From: Synechococcus sp. A15-28
Lineage (GTDB): Bacteria; Cyanobacteriota; Cyanobacteriia; PCC-6307; Cyanobiaceae
DNA: 32,000 nucleotides
NCBI RefSeq assembly: GCF_014280175.1
Contig: NZ_CP047931.1
Coordinates: 750,001-782,000 of the forward strand
Direction: 5' to 3'
The notes under the pieces were generated by a model. The model saw only the letters and a program-made list of their open reading frames with translations, was not told the origin of the DNA and did not search any database. A program made the position numbers and the translations under genes. Positions 7,493-16,406 of this stretch are shown here, one piece after another. Within the stretch, counting starts at the first letter, position 1; each line of letters starts with the position of its first letter.

Positions 7493-10400
7493 ATGTTCAC
7501 ACAGGTCCGCTCCGCCGATCGCCGCGTTGCTCCTGTGGAGGGTCAGAACCACAAATCCGTGATGAAGGCGGTGTATGTGGTGCTGGAGCCCCAGTACCAG
7601 AACGCCCTCACCCAGGCGGCCACGGCTCTGAATGTCTCAGGCGGTGATCTGGGGATTGAACTGAGCGGTTATCTGATCGAAGAACTGCGAGATGAGGAGA
7701 ATTACGCCGGATTCTGTGCCGACGTGGCCCAGGCCGACGTGTTCGTTGCATCGTTGATTTTCATCGAAGATCTGGCACAGAAAGTGGTGGATGCGGTGGC
7801 CCCCCATCGCGACCGCCTCAAGGCTGCAGTGGTGTTCCCCTCCATGCCGGAGGTGATGCGTCTGAACAAGCTCGGCAGTTTCTCCATGGCTCAGTTGGGC
7901 CAGAGCAAGAGTGCGATCGCCGGCTTCATGAAGAAGCGGAAGGAGGCTGGCGGCGCTGGCTTCCAGGACGCCATGTTGAAGCTGCTGAACACGCTTCCCA
8001 CCGTCCTCAAGTACCTGCCCGTGGAGAAGGCGCAGGATGCGCGCAGCTTCATGCTGAGCTTCCAGTACTGGCTCGGAGGGACGCCGGAAAACCTCCGGAA
8101 CTTCCTGCTGATGCTGGCTGACAAGTACGTCTTCCCTCCTGCGGAAGGTGAGGAACGTCCTGCGATGAACGTCGCCGAGCCCGAGGTCTTCCCTGATCTG
8201 GGGATCTGGCACCCCTTGGCTCCGACGATGTTCGAGGACCTCAAGGAGTACCTCAACTGGACCTCCAGCCGGACTGACCTTTCGGAGAAGGCCCGCAAGG
8301 GACCCGTGATCGGTCTGGTGCTGCAGCGCAGCCACATCGTCACCGGTGATGACGCGCACTACGTGGCCACGGTGCAGGAGCTGGAGTTCCGCGGTGCCCG
8401 TGTGATTCCCATCTTCTGCGGCGGCCTGGACTTCTCCAAGCCAGTGAATGCCTTCTTCTACGACCCGCTCAATCCCGAGCAGCCCCTGGTGGACGGCATC
8501 GTGTCGCTGACGGGCTTCGCTCTGGTGGGAGGTCCGGCACGTCAGGACCACCCCAAGGCGATCGAGTCCCTGAAGAAGCTCAACCGCCCCTACATGGTGG
8601 CCTTGCCTCTCGTCTTCCAGACCACCCAGGAATGGGAGGACAGCGACCTGGGCCTCCATCCGGTTCAAGTTGCTCTGCAGATCGCCATTCCCGAGCTCGA
8701 TGGTGCGATCGAACCGATCGTGCTCTCCGGTCGTGATGACGCCACCGGCAAGGCGCACACACTGCAGGACCGCGTCGATGCCATTGCAGAGCGGGCCATC
8801 CGTTGGTCATCCCTGCGGATCAAGCCCCGCACCGATAAGAAGCTGGCGATCACCGTGTTCAGCTTCCCGCCGGATAAGGGCAACGTCGGAACGGCGGCCT
8901 ACCTGGATGTCTTCGGCTCCATCCACCGGGTGATGCAGGAGATGAAGGCGAAGGGATACGACGTTCAGGGTCTGCCCTCCACGCCCAGGGCTTTGCTGGA
9001 AGCGGTCATCAACGACGCTGATGCGATGCAGGGAGCTCCCGAGCTTTCGATTGCCCATCGCATGAGCGTTGAGGAATACGAGCGCCTGACCCCTTACTCC
9101 GAGCGCTTGGAAGAGAACTGGGGCAAGCCCCCCGGCAATCTCAACAGCGATGGTCAGAACCTGCTGGTCTTCGGTCGTCACTTCGGCAACGTCTTTGTCG
9201 GCGTTCAGCCCACCTTCGGCTACGAAGGCGACCCGATGCGCCTGCTCTACTCTCGCAGCGCCAGTCCTCATCACGGGTTTGCGGCCTATTACACCTACCT
9301 GGAGAAAATCTGGGGAGCCGATGCCGTTCTCCACTTCGGAACCCATGGGTCGCTGGAGTTCATGCCTGGAAAGCAGATGGGCATGAGTGAAACCTGTTAT
9401 CCGGATTCGTTGATCGGTTCCTTACCCAATCTCTATTACTACGCTGCTAATAACCCTTCGGAAGCCACCATCGCCAAGCGGCGTGGTTACGCCTCAACCA
9501 TCAGCTATCTCACCCCACCTGCTGAAAATGCAGGTCTTTACAAGGGTCTGAAGGAACTTGGCGAACTGGTGGGTTCTTACCAGCAGCTGCGAGAGGGAGG
9601 ACGTGGCGTTCAGATCGTCAACACGATCATCGAGACGGCACGTCAGTGCAACCTCGATAAGGACGTCGACCTTCCTGAGGAGGATGCTTCGACCCTCGAA
9701 CTGGACGGACGTGATGCCCTGGTGGGTGCCGTCTATCGCCAGTTGATGGAGATCGAAAGTCGTCTCCTGCCCTGTGGCCTTCACACCATCGGCAAGCCCC
9801 CCACAGCCGAGGAAGCTGTTGCCACCCTGGTGAACATCGCTGCACTCGAGCGTGAGGAAGATGGCCTGCGCTCGCTGCCGGGTCTCTTGGCTGAAGCGAT
9901 GGGTCGTTCCATCGAAGAGATCTACAAGGGCAATGACGAGGGTGTGCTCGCCGATGTCGAGCTCAATCGCACGATTACTGAGACGTCCAGGGCTGCCATT
10001 GGCGCCATGGTCCAGTCCCTCACCGGTCTTGATGGCCGCGTCAACATGCGTAACAGCTTCGGCTGGTTCTACGACCTGCTGGCGAAGTTCGTTCTCAAGC
10101 TTCCTTCCCCGTGGCTGCGCGCTTGCTGTGGAGCCGGTTTTGTTCAGATCGATGCCACGGAACTGGACAAGTTGTTCGCTTATCTGCGCTTCTGCCTTGA
10201 GCAGATCTGCGCGGACATGGAGATGGAGAGTCTGCTGAAGGCTCTGGATGGCGAATACATCCTTCCGGGACCTGGCGGTGACCCGATCCGTAACCCAGGG
10301 GTGCTGCCCAGCGGCAAGAACATCCACGCGCTCGATCCGCAGGCGATCCCCACGCGAGCTGCGGTTGCTGCCGCCAAGAGTGTTGTCGACAAGCTGATTG

Positions 10401-11503
10401 AGCGTCAGCGCGAGGAGCAGGGCACCTGGCCCGAGACCATCGCCTGTGTGCTCTGGGGTACGGACAACATCAAGACCTACGGCGAATCCCTGGCTCAGAT
10501 TCTCTGGTTCGTTGGTGTCAAGCCAATGCCGGATTCCGTGGGTCGTGTCAACAAGCTTGAGCTGATTCCTCTAAAAGAACTAGGGCGCCCCCGGATCGAT
10601 GTGGTCGTGAACTGCTCCGGTGTGTTCCGCGACCTGTTCATCAACCAGATGGCGCTGATCGATCAGGCCGTGAAGATGGCTGCCGAAGCGGATGAGCCCC
10701 TTGAGCAGAATTTCGTTCGTAAGCACGCCCTTGAGCAGGCGGAGAAAGAAGGAACCAGCCTGCGTGATGCGGCCTGCCGAGTGTTCTCCAACGCCAGCGG
10801 AAGCTACAGCTCCAACGTGAACCTGGCGGTGGAAAACAGCACCTGGGAAGAAGAAGGCGAGCTGCAGGAGATGTACCTCTCTCGCAAAACCTTCGCGTTC
10901 AATGCTGACAACCCCGGTGAGATGAACCAGAAGCGTGAGGTGTTCGAAAATGTGATGAAGACGGCGGATGTCACCTTCCAGAACCTGGATTCGGCTGAAA
11001 TCTCGTTAACGGATGTGAGCCACTACTTCGATTCCGACCCCACCAAGCTGATCGCGGGTCTCCGTGATGACGGCAAAGCCCCCACCAGCTATATCGCCGA
11101 TACCACGACGGCGAATGCCCAGGTGCGTTCGCTGAGTGAGACCATTCGCCTTGATTCACGCACCAAGCTGTTGAATCCCAAGTGGTACGAGGGCATGCTC
11201 GATTCCGGCTATGAGGGTGTGCGTGAGGTGTCCAAACGGCTCAACTTCACCCTCGGATGGAGTGCCACCAGTGGCGCTGTCGACAACTTTGTCTACGAAG
11301 AGGCCAACGAAACCTTCATCAATGATCCCGAGATGCGCAAGCGTCTGCTGGAACTGAATCCCAACAGCTTCCGTCAGATTGTGGGAACACTTCTCGAGGT
11401 TCATGGTCGTGGTTACTGGGAAACCTCCGATGAGAACATCGAACAGCTCCAGGAGTTGTACCAGGAAGTGGAGGATCGGATTGAAGGAGTCGTGACTGAT
11501 TGA
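7493..11503 (+). CDS. chlH: Magnesium-protoporphyrin IX chelatase, large H subunit
   Basis: 1336-aa ORF. The N-terminus [18 protein letters not shown]...[12 protein letters not shown] matches the remembered cyanobacterial ChlH N-terminus (MFTNVKSTIRR...KVVYVVLESQYQ). Size and CobN-like architecture fit. Confidence 0.96.
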   Translation: MFTQVRSADRRVAPVEGQNHKSVMKAVYVVLEPQYQNALTQAATALNVSGGDLGIELSGYLIEELRDEENYAGFCADVAQADVFVASLIFIEDLAQKVVDAVAPHRDRLKAAVVFPSMPEVMRLNKLGSFSMAQLGQSKSAIAGFMKKRKEAGGAGFQDAMLKLLNTLPTVLKYLPVEKAQDARSFMLSFQYWLGGTPENLRNFLLMLADKYVFPPAEGEERPAMNVAEPEVFPDLGIWHPLAPTMFEDLKEYLNWTSSRTDLSEKARKGPVIGLVLQRSHIVTGDDAHYVATVQELEFRGARVIPIFCGGLDFSKPVNAFFYDPLNPEQPLVDGIVSLTGFALVGGPARQDHPKAIESLKKLNRPYMVALPLVFQTTQEWEDSDLGLHPVQVALQIAIPELDGAIEPIVLSGRDDATGKAHTLQDRVDAIAERAIRWSSLRIKPRTDKKLAITVFSFPPDKGNVGTAAYLDVFGSIHRVMQEMKAKGYDVQGLPSTPRALLEAVINDADAMQGAPELSIAHRMSVEEYERLTPYSERLEENWGKPPGNLNSDGQNLLVFGRHFGNVFVGVQPTFGYEGDPMRLLYSRSASPHHGFAAYYTYLEKIWGADAVLHFGTHGSLEFMPGKQMGMSETCYPDSLIGSLPNLYYYAANNPSEATIAKRRGYASTISYLTPPAENAGLYKGLKELGELVGSYQQLREGGRGVQIVNTIIETARQCNLDKDVDLPEEDASTLELDGRDALVGAVYRQLMEIESRLLPCGLHTIGKPPTAEEAVATLVNIAALEREEDGLRSLPGLLAEAMGRSIEEIYKGNDEGVLADVELNRTITETSRAAIGAMVQSLTGLDGRVNMRNSFGWFYDLLAKFVLKLPSPWLRACCGAGFVQIDATELDKLFAYLRFCLEQICADMEMESLLKALDGEYILPGPGGDPIRNPGVLPSGKNIHALDPQAIPTRAAVAAAKSVVDKLIERQREEQGTWPETIACVLWGTDNIKTYGESLAQILWFVGVKPMPDSVGRVNKLELIPLKELGRPRIDVVVNCSGVFRDLFINQMALIDQAVKMAAEADEPLEQNFVRKHALEQAEKEGTSLRDAACRVFSNASGSYSSNVNLAVENSTWEEEGELQEMYLSRKTFAFNADNPGEMNQKREVFENVMKTADVTFQNLDSAEISLTDVSHYFDSDPTKLIAGLRDDGKAPTSYIADTTTANAQVRSLSETIRLDSRTKLLNPKWYEGMLDSGYEGVREVSKRLNFTLGWSATSGAVDNFVYEEANETFINDPEMRKRLLELNPNSFRQIVGTLLEVHGRGYWETSDENIEQLQELYQEVEDRIEGVVTD

Positions 11504-11515
11504 CTCAACCCTGGC

Positions 11516-12493
11516 TCAGCTGGCAGGAAACCGGCCAGCTGATGCGTCCTGGCTGATTGTTTGGTCTTTGAACGAAATACCTGTCAACTCTTCGTAGTCT
11601 TCGAGCCTTCGGGCACGTCCCAATCCGAAATTATCCAGTCCCTCGATATCATCCGGGACGGGATTAAGTTGGACTTGGGAGGTCGACAAACTTCCCAATA
11701 ATGTATGAACCCTCACAAGCGAACGCCTGTTCAGCTGAAACCAGTCTTGATGGTCGCTCCAATGCGTTGCAGACGTGTCACCATCGGCACTTGCGCTTTT
11801 ATAAAGATGAAAAAGCAGTAATCGATTAGGGCAGAAAATGTTGTAACCGTGGGTCCACAAACGGGCTGACATTGATATCTCTTCTCCATAGAAATACAGG
11901 TCAGGGTCGTATGGGACGTCCTGGACAATGGATCCGGGTCCGAACAGAAAGCCACCGGCCACAAAAGCATTCTTCAGTGGTTTGGGGGGTTGCTGATCCG
12001 GCATTTTGTAACGGCTGATGCCCTGGAATTTGAGGATGCCGTAGTTGTCAAAGGCCTTCGCCGCCATGACTGGCAGCGTGTTCGTCTGCAGCTGGCATGG
12101 TTGCTTGAAACCATTGGGATAAACGCTCAGCACAGCTCGCGAATCATTGCAATCGGTCCACGTTCGCAACAACAAGTCATCCCAGTGCTTGACAGCCCGC
12201 ATGTGGCTGTCGATCTGCAGTATGTAGTCTTCACCGTCATAGAGAGTCTGGGCCTGACGTCGGGCCCAGCAGGCGCCACGACTGTCTGTTGCGGCGACGA
12301 GCTTGACCTGTTGATGGCTGTGATCTGGGAACGCTGATGCACTCCAGGCCTTCGGATCGTTCTCTGCCAGTTGCAAACAGATGCCGAATCTCAGTCGCTC
12401 AGGATGGGCGGCTTGCTCGAGAAGATTGTGAAGCGTTGCCGGGAGATCCGGGTCCCGATAAGCAGCAATCTGAACGAAGATTGTTCCTGTCAC
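11516..12493 (-). CDS. Glycosyltransferase, GlcNAc-transferase-like family (Pfam GlcNAc/PF11397-like from memory)
   Basis: The ORF is trimmed to the GTG at 12493, which overlaps the folP TGA as GTGA and gives MTGTIFVQIAAYRDPDL.... Motifs IAAYRDPDL, RFGICLQ and LQIDSHMRAVKHWDDLL (DxH-type) resemble the family as I remember it. The track start at 12604 would overlap folP by 115 nt. My hand-counted GC is ~50% over 11521-12060. Confidence 0.6.
   Translation of the reverse strand: MTGTIFVQIAAYRDPDLPATLHNLLEQAAHPERLRFGICLQLAENDPKAWSASAFPDHSHQQVKLVAATDSRGACWARRQAQTLYDGEDYILQIDSHMRAVKHWDDLLLRTWTDCNDSRAVLSVYPNGFKQPCQLQTNTLPVMAAKAFDNYGILKFQGISRYKMPDQQPPKPLKNAFVAGGFLFGPGSIVQDVPYDPDLYFYGEEISMSARLWTHGYNIFCPNRLLLFHLYKSASADGDTSATHWSDHQDWFQLNRRSLVRVHTLLGSLSTSQVQLNPVPDDIEGLDNFGLGRARRLEDYEELTGISFKDQTISQDASAGRFPAS
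11517..11541 (+). terminator. Hairpin 14 nt after the chlH stop, embedded in the 3' end of the convergent gene (possible chlH terminator)
   Basis: CAGCTGGC (11517-11524) and GCCAGCTG (11534-11541) form a perfect 8-bp inverted repeat. The sequence that follows (TGATTGTTTGGTCTTTG) is only moderately T-rich, so this is not a canonical terminator. Confidence 0.25.
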
Positions 12494-13314
12494 CAGAGGA
12501 CTGACGCCATGCGCAAAGTCTGTGCGATTGGTCCCACGTCGTGAACCCTCACAAGTGCAGCTCCCGCTTGGGCGCAACGACAGGCCACCGCTGCTGTTCC
12601 CCACAGGCGCGCCTTGGGTCGGGGTTCATCCAGGACGGCGCCGATGAACCGTTTTCGTGATGGTCCGACAAGCAGCGGCATAGCTTCAGAGGTGAGCTGC
12701 TCGAGATCCCTCAGCAGGCTCAGATTCTGCTCGTGCGTTTTAGCGAAGCCGAGGCCCGGATCCCAGATGATCTGAGCCTCCTTGACCCCAGCGCTGATGG
12801 CGGCATTCGTTCGTTCCCAGAGTCCAGCCTTCACGTCCTGAATCAGATCGTCGTAGACGGTCAGGTCGTCCATTGTTTGACTTGTTCCGCGGCTGTGCAT
12901 CAGCACAACGGGGCATGCGGCATCGGCGACCACCCGCAGCAGATCGGGATCACGTCGCCCGCCGCTCACATCGTTGATCCAGCTGGCGCCTGCCTCCAGT
13001 GCTGCCTCGGCCACAGGCGCCAGGAACGTGTCCACCGAGATCAACACCTCCGGCCGGTGTTGTCGGATGGCGCCAAGGACCGGAAGCAAGCGTCGGCATT
13101 CCTCTTCAGCGCCCACCTCCTTGGCACCGGGCCGTGTGCTCTGGGCCCCGAGGTCCAGCACATCAGCCCCCTGCTGCAATTGCCGCTTTGCTTCCCGAAC
13201 TGCCGCTTCAACCTCGGTGAAACGACCGCCATCACTGAAGGAGTCCGGTGTGATGTTGATCACCCCCATCACAGCTGTGCGTTGCCGCCAGCCTTTGGGC
13301 CAGAGGTGACTCAC
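12490..13314 (-). CDS. folP: Dihydropteroate synthase
   Basis: Motifs are MGVINITPDSFSDGG and DLGAQSTRPGA. The track start at 13377 is TTG and overlaps tpiA by 62 nt. The GTG at 13314 lies 1 nt after the tpiA stop and gives 274 aa. The ATG at 13269 is an alternative. Confidence 0.9.
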   Translation of the reverse strand: MSHLWPKGWRQRTAVMGVINITPDSFSDGGRFTEVEAAVREAKRQLQQGADVLDLGAQSTRPGAKEVGAEEECRRLLPVLGAIRQHRPEVLISVDTFLAPVAEAALEAGASWINDVSGGRRDPDLLRVVADAACPVVLMHSRGTSQTMDDLTVYDDLIQDVKAGLWERTNAAISAGVKEAQIIWDPGLGFAKTHEQNLSLLRDLEQLTSEAMPLLVGPSRKRFIGAVLDEPRPKARLWGTAAVACRCAQAGAALVRVHDVGPIAQTLRMASVLW

Positions 13315-13315
13315 A

Positions 13316-14047
13316 TCAACTGGCCTGGTAATTGGCAATGCGGGCGAAACTGTCTGGCTGGAGGGATGCTCCACCAACCAAAACGCCGTCGATGTCGCTC
13401 ATCCCCATCAGTTCATCGATATTGGTGGGTTTGACCGATCCGCCGTACTGAATGATCAGATCCGTGGCTCCCACCCAGCTGCGAATCAGGCCACAGATCC
13501 TGTTGGCTTCAGCTGCTTCACAGGTTTTGCCGGTGCCGATGGCCCAGATCGGTTCGTAGGCCACCACGAGTTTGTTGGCGTCCAATCCTTCCAGTCCCTG
13601 CTCGATCTGTCGGCGGATCACCCGCTCCGCTTCACCCCGTTCGCGCTGCTCATCACTCTCGCCAACGCAGACGATGGGAATCAACCCCTTGGCCTGGGAG
13701 CAGCGGGCCCGGTGGTTGATCTGTTCATCGCTTTCGCTGAAATATTTCCTGGGTTCGCTGTGACCAACGATCGTGTAGGCAACGCCATGCTCGAGCAGCA
13801 TTTCGGCTGAAATCTCAGCTGTGAAGGCGCCGTGGTCTTGCCAGTGGACGTTCTGACTGGCCAGTTCCACCACCGAGTTTTCAGAGGCCGCCGCCATGGT
13901 GGAGAGCGCAGTGAAGGGCGGTGCCAGAACGATCTCCCGGTCCTGGGGGGTCTCTGCCAGTTGGGGAAGGAAGGCCGCCATGTAATCCCTGGCCTGGGCA
14001 CAGGTCATGTGCATCTTCCAGTTGCCAGCGATCACCGGTCTGCGCAC
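13316..14047 (-). CDS. tpiA: Triosephosphate isomerase
   Basis: 243 aa. Motifs are [12 protein letters not shown] and [13 protein letters not shown]. The start codon at 14047 is GTG. Confidence 0.95.
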   Translation of the reverse strand: MRRPVIAGNWKMHMTCAQARDYMAAFLPQLAETPQDREIVLAPPFTALSTMAAASENSVVELASQNVHWQDHGAFTAEISAEMLLEHGVAYTIVGHSEPRKYFSESDEQINHRARCSQAKGLIPIVCVGESDEQRERGEAERVIRRQIEQGLEGLDANKLVVAYEPIWAIGTGKTCEAAEANRICGLIRSWVGATDLIIQYGGSVKPTNIDELMGMSDIDGVLVGGASLQPDSFARIANYQAS

Positions 14048-14079
14048 GCCTTCAATCCTTGACTGATCTGCGGGCCAAC

Positions 14080-14277
14080 TTACGGCGTGGTCGTGGATTC
14101 CCCGTCAACCACGGACTCCTCGCCGTCAAGCACAACACGATCTCCCGCCACCAGCTGCCGGCCGCGACGGGTCTCCACCACGCCGTTGACGCGGACCTCT
14201 CCTGTCTGGATCCGCTGTTTCGCTTCTCCGCCGGTAAAGACCAAGCCCTTCCATTTGAGGAACTGATCCAGCTTCAT
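14080..14277 (-). CDS. S4-domain RNA-binding protein (YbcJ-like)
   Basis: [48 protein letters not shown] is a typical short S4-fold protein. I trimmed from 14325 to the ATG at 14277; the longer form would overlap the divergent ABC gene start. Confidence 0.8.
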   Translation of the reverse strand: MKLDQFLKWKGLVFTGGEAKQRIQTGEVRVNGVVETRRGRQLVAGDRVVLDGEESVVDGESTTTP

Positions 14278-14317
14278 CGGCGGGAGATCAACGACGTGAC
14301 ATTGATACTGTGCCGCC

Positions 14318-16063
14318 ATGCTCACCCCCTCTCAGGCCGGCTTCCGGCGTCTTCTCCCACTGCTGAGACCGCACCTGCGTCAGCTGCTGATGGGGGGATT
14401 GTGCATGCTGATTTATGTGGGTAGCTTCCCACTGCTGGTGCGTCTTGCCGGTGAGTTGTTTCCGGCGCTCGGCTCCCAGAATCTCAGCCGCGTGTTGCAG
14501 CTGATCGTCCAAGGGGTGCTGATCTTTGCCGTTCAGAAACTGGCCCAATTCGGTCAGGACTCCCTTCTGGCCGATCCCGCCCTTCAGGTGAGCCAGCGCT
14601 TGCGGCGGGAGTTGTTCAGCACCCTGCAGACCGTCGAGCTGGGTGCTCTGGAAAAGCTGTCCTCCGGCGATCTCACCTACCGACTCACTGAGGATGCCGA
14701 CCGCGTGAGCGAGGTTCTTTACAAGAGCATCCACGACACAGTCCCCAGCGTCCTGCAGCTTCTGGTGGTGCTGGGAACCATGGTCTGGCTGGACTGGAAG
14801 CTGACCCTGGCGATCCTGCTGCTGGCGCCGTTGATCGTCTGGTTGATCAGCCTGTTCGGAGCGAAGGTGATGGTGGCCACCGAACGCAGTCAGAAAAAGG
14901 TCAGTGAACTGGCGGGTCTTCTCGGTGAGGCGATTGAGGGGCTGCCGCTGGTGCGGGCCTTTGCGGCTGAACCCTGGCTCCAGGAGCGATTTGAGCAGGA
15001 AATTGATCAGCACCGGCAGGCCAGGCAGCGCACCTACAGCCTTGTGGCCCTGCAGCATCCCGTGGTGGGGATCATCGAGGTGATCGGTCTGTTCTCCGTG
15101 CTCGGCCTGGCGGCCTTGCGGATTCAGAGCGGTGACCTCGACATCGCGGGCCTCAGCAGTTACCTGACTGGCCTGATTGTTCTGATCGACCCGATCGCCC
15201 ACGTCACCAACAACTTCAACGAGTTTCAGCAGGGTCAGGCATCGCTGCGTCGACTGCGGGAGATCGAACGGGAACCGCGTGAGCCGGAGGATCCCTCAGA
15301 TGCGGTGACCCTTGGTCAGCTGCGGGGCGACCTGAGGCTCGAGGGAGTGAGTTTTGCTTACAGCAGTGGCGATCCGGTGCTGCGGCAGCTGGACCTGGTG
15401 GTTCCTGCGGGGACTGTGATGGCTGTAGTGGGACCGTCCGGGGCGGGCAAAAGCACCTTGTTCTCACTGTTGTTGCGCTTCAACACCGCGCAACAGGGCC
15501 GAATCCTTCTGGACGGCCACGATCTCTCCTGCCTGCGGGCAAGGGACCTCCGCCGGCAGCTGGCCCTGGTGCCCCAGCGAACCACAGTTTTCTCCGGTTC
15601 CATCGCGGAGGCGATCCGTTTCGGACGCCACGCCTCCGATGCCCAGGTGATCGAGGCTGCTCTGCTCGCCAACGCCGATGGCTTCATCCGTGATCTGCCA
15701 AATGGGTACGACACGCAGCTGGAGGAACGGGGCACGAATCTTTCCGGTGGACAGCTGCAGCGCATTGCCATTGCCCGGGCGGTGCTTGGTAATCCTGCTG
15801 TTCTGCTGCTGGATGAAGCCACCAGTGCTCTGGATGCTGAAGCGGAGGCGGCTGTGCAACTGGGCTTAAGGCGTGCCATGCGTGGACGGACGGTGCTGGT
15901 GATTGCTCACCGCCTGGCCACGGTGCAGGAGGCTGATCAGATTGTGGTGCTGGAGAGGGGTTGCATCGTTGACCGCGGCACCCACGACACCCTGATGCAG
16001 CGCGGCGGACGTTATCGGGACCTGTGCGAACGCCAGTTCATCCGTGACCTGCAGAACGGTTAA
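14318..16063 (+). CDS. ABC transporter, fused permease/ATP-binding protein (MsbA-like exporter)
   Basis: 581 aa. The N-terminal half is a six-helix-type TMD. Walker A is GPSGAGKST, the signature is LSGGQLQRIAIARA, and Walker B is LLLDEATSALD. There is no N-terminal peptidase domain. Confidence 0.93.
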   Translation: MLTPSQAGFRRLLPLLRPHLRQLLMGGLCMLIYVGSFPLLVRLAGELFPALGSQNLSRVLQLIVQGVLIFAVQKLAQFGQDSLLADPALQVSQRLRRELFSTLQTVELGALEKLSSGDLTYRLTEDADRVSEVLYKSIHDTVPSVLQLLVVLGTMVWLDWKLTLAILLLAPLIVWLISLFGAKVMVATERSQKKVSELAGLLGEAIEGLPLVRAFAAEPWLQERFEQEIDQHRQARQRTYSLVALQHPVVGIIEVIGLFSVLGLAALRIQSGDLDIAGLSSYLTGLIVLIDPIAHVTNNFNEFQQGQASLRRLREIEREPREPEDPSDAVTLGQLRGDLRLEGVSFAYSSGDPVLRQLDLVVPAGTVMAVVGPSGAGKSTLFSLLLRFNTAQQGRILLDGHDLSCLRARDLRRQLALVPQRTTVFSGSIAEAIRFGRHASDAQVIEAALLANADGFIRDLPNGYDTQLEERGTNLSGGQLQRIAIARAVLGNPAVLLLDEATSALDAEAEAAVQLGLRRAMRGRTVLVIAHRLATVQEADQIVVLERGCIVDRGTHDTLMQRGGRYRDLCERQFIRDLQNG

Positions 16064-16111
16064 ATCCACCTACGATCGGCCCGCCGGTTCCAATCATCCC
16101 GGCTTTGAACG

Positions 16112-16351
16112 ATGACCGACTCCGCAGCCAACAACCCCAATCCCGTACTGACCTTTGAGGGCAATCGCTACGACCTCAATACCCTCCCGGATGAGCTCAA
16201 GGAGCTCGTGCGTGGTATGCAGGTTGCCGACGCTCAGTTGCGCATGCATGAGGACACCCTGAAGGTGCTTGCTGTCGGTCGCCAGAGCCTGGCCATGCAG
16301 CTGAACGAAAAGCTCAAGACGGTGACGCCTCTCCCTGAAGGCCAGGGCTGA
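16112..16351 (+). CDS. Small hypothetical protein (helical/coiled-coil-like), picocyanobacterial type
   Basis: 79-aa ORF with an ATG start. It is followed 10 nt later by a strong intrinsic terminator. The sequence LTFEGNRYDLNTLPDELKELVRGMQVADAQLRMHEDTLKVL looks like a real protein. I cannot name a family. Confidence 0.65.
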   Translation: MTDSAANNPNPVLTFEGNRYDLNTLPDELKELVRGMQVADAQLRMHEDTLKVLAVGRQSLAMQLNEKLKTVTPLPEGQG

Positions 16352-16360
16352 ATGGTCAAC

Positions 16361-16395
16361 AAAAAAAGAGGGGGCATTGAGCCCCCTCTTTTTTT
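16361..16395. terminator. Bidirectional rho-independent terminator between convergent genes
   Basis: A7 run (16361-16367), then a perfect 9-bp stem AGAGGGGGC (16367-16375) / GCCCCCTCT (16381-16389) with loop ATTGA, then a T7 run (16389-16395). The structure is symmetric, so each strand sees a hairpin followed by a U-tract. Confidence 0.9.
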
Positions 16396-16406
16396 GTTTC
16401 TTGGAC

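Noticed and set aside
6542-7552. N-terminal extensions in the ORF track: dapB to 7552, carB to 21890, apt from 3505, Ycf36-like from 22871, S4 protein to 14325, folP to 13377 and the glycosyltransferase to 12604.
   Set aside because: The extensions start at non-ATG codons or add residues upstream of conserved family N-termini. Several would overlap neighbouring genes by 40-115 nt. Internal ATG or GTG starts give canonical protein lengths.
7637-8758. Long antisense ORFs opposite well-supported genes. Examples are 7637..8758 and 9494..10327 (opposite chlH), 14288..15202 (ABC), 29705..30766 (SulP), 27852..28706 (FAD oxidase), 24967..25985 (GMC), 17738..18445, 19080..19769, 6722..7420, 12733..13434, 5520..6445 and 1809..2180.
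   Set aside because: They are typical shadow ORFs of a high-GC genome. Their products are Arg/Gly/Pro/His/Gln-rich and low in complexity, with no recognisable motifs. The opposite strand carries clear family signatures in every case.
14318-16351. The ABC exporter plus the downstream 79-aa ORF as a bacteriocin or lanthipeptide (prochlorosin-like) export pair.
   Set aside because: The transporter lacks an N-terminal C39 peptidase domain. The small protein has no double-glycine leader or Cys/Ser/Thr-rich core, and no LanM-type modification enzyme is present.
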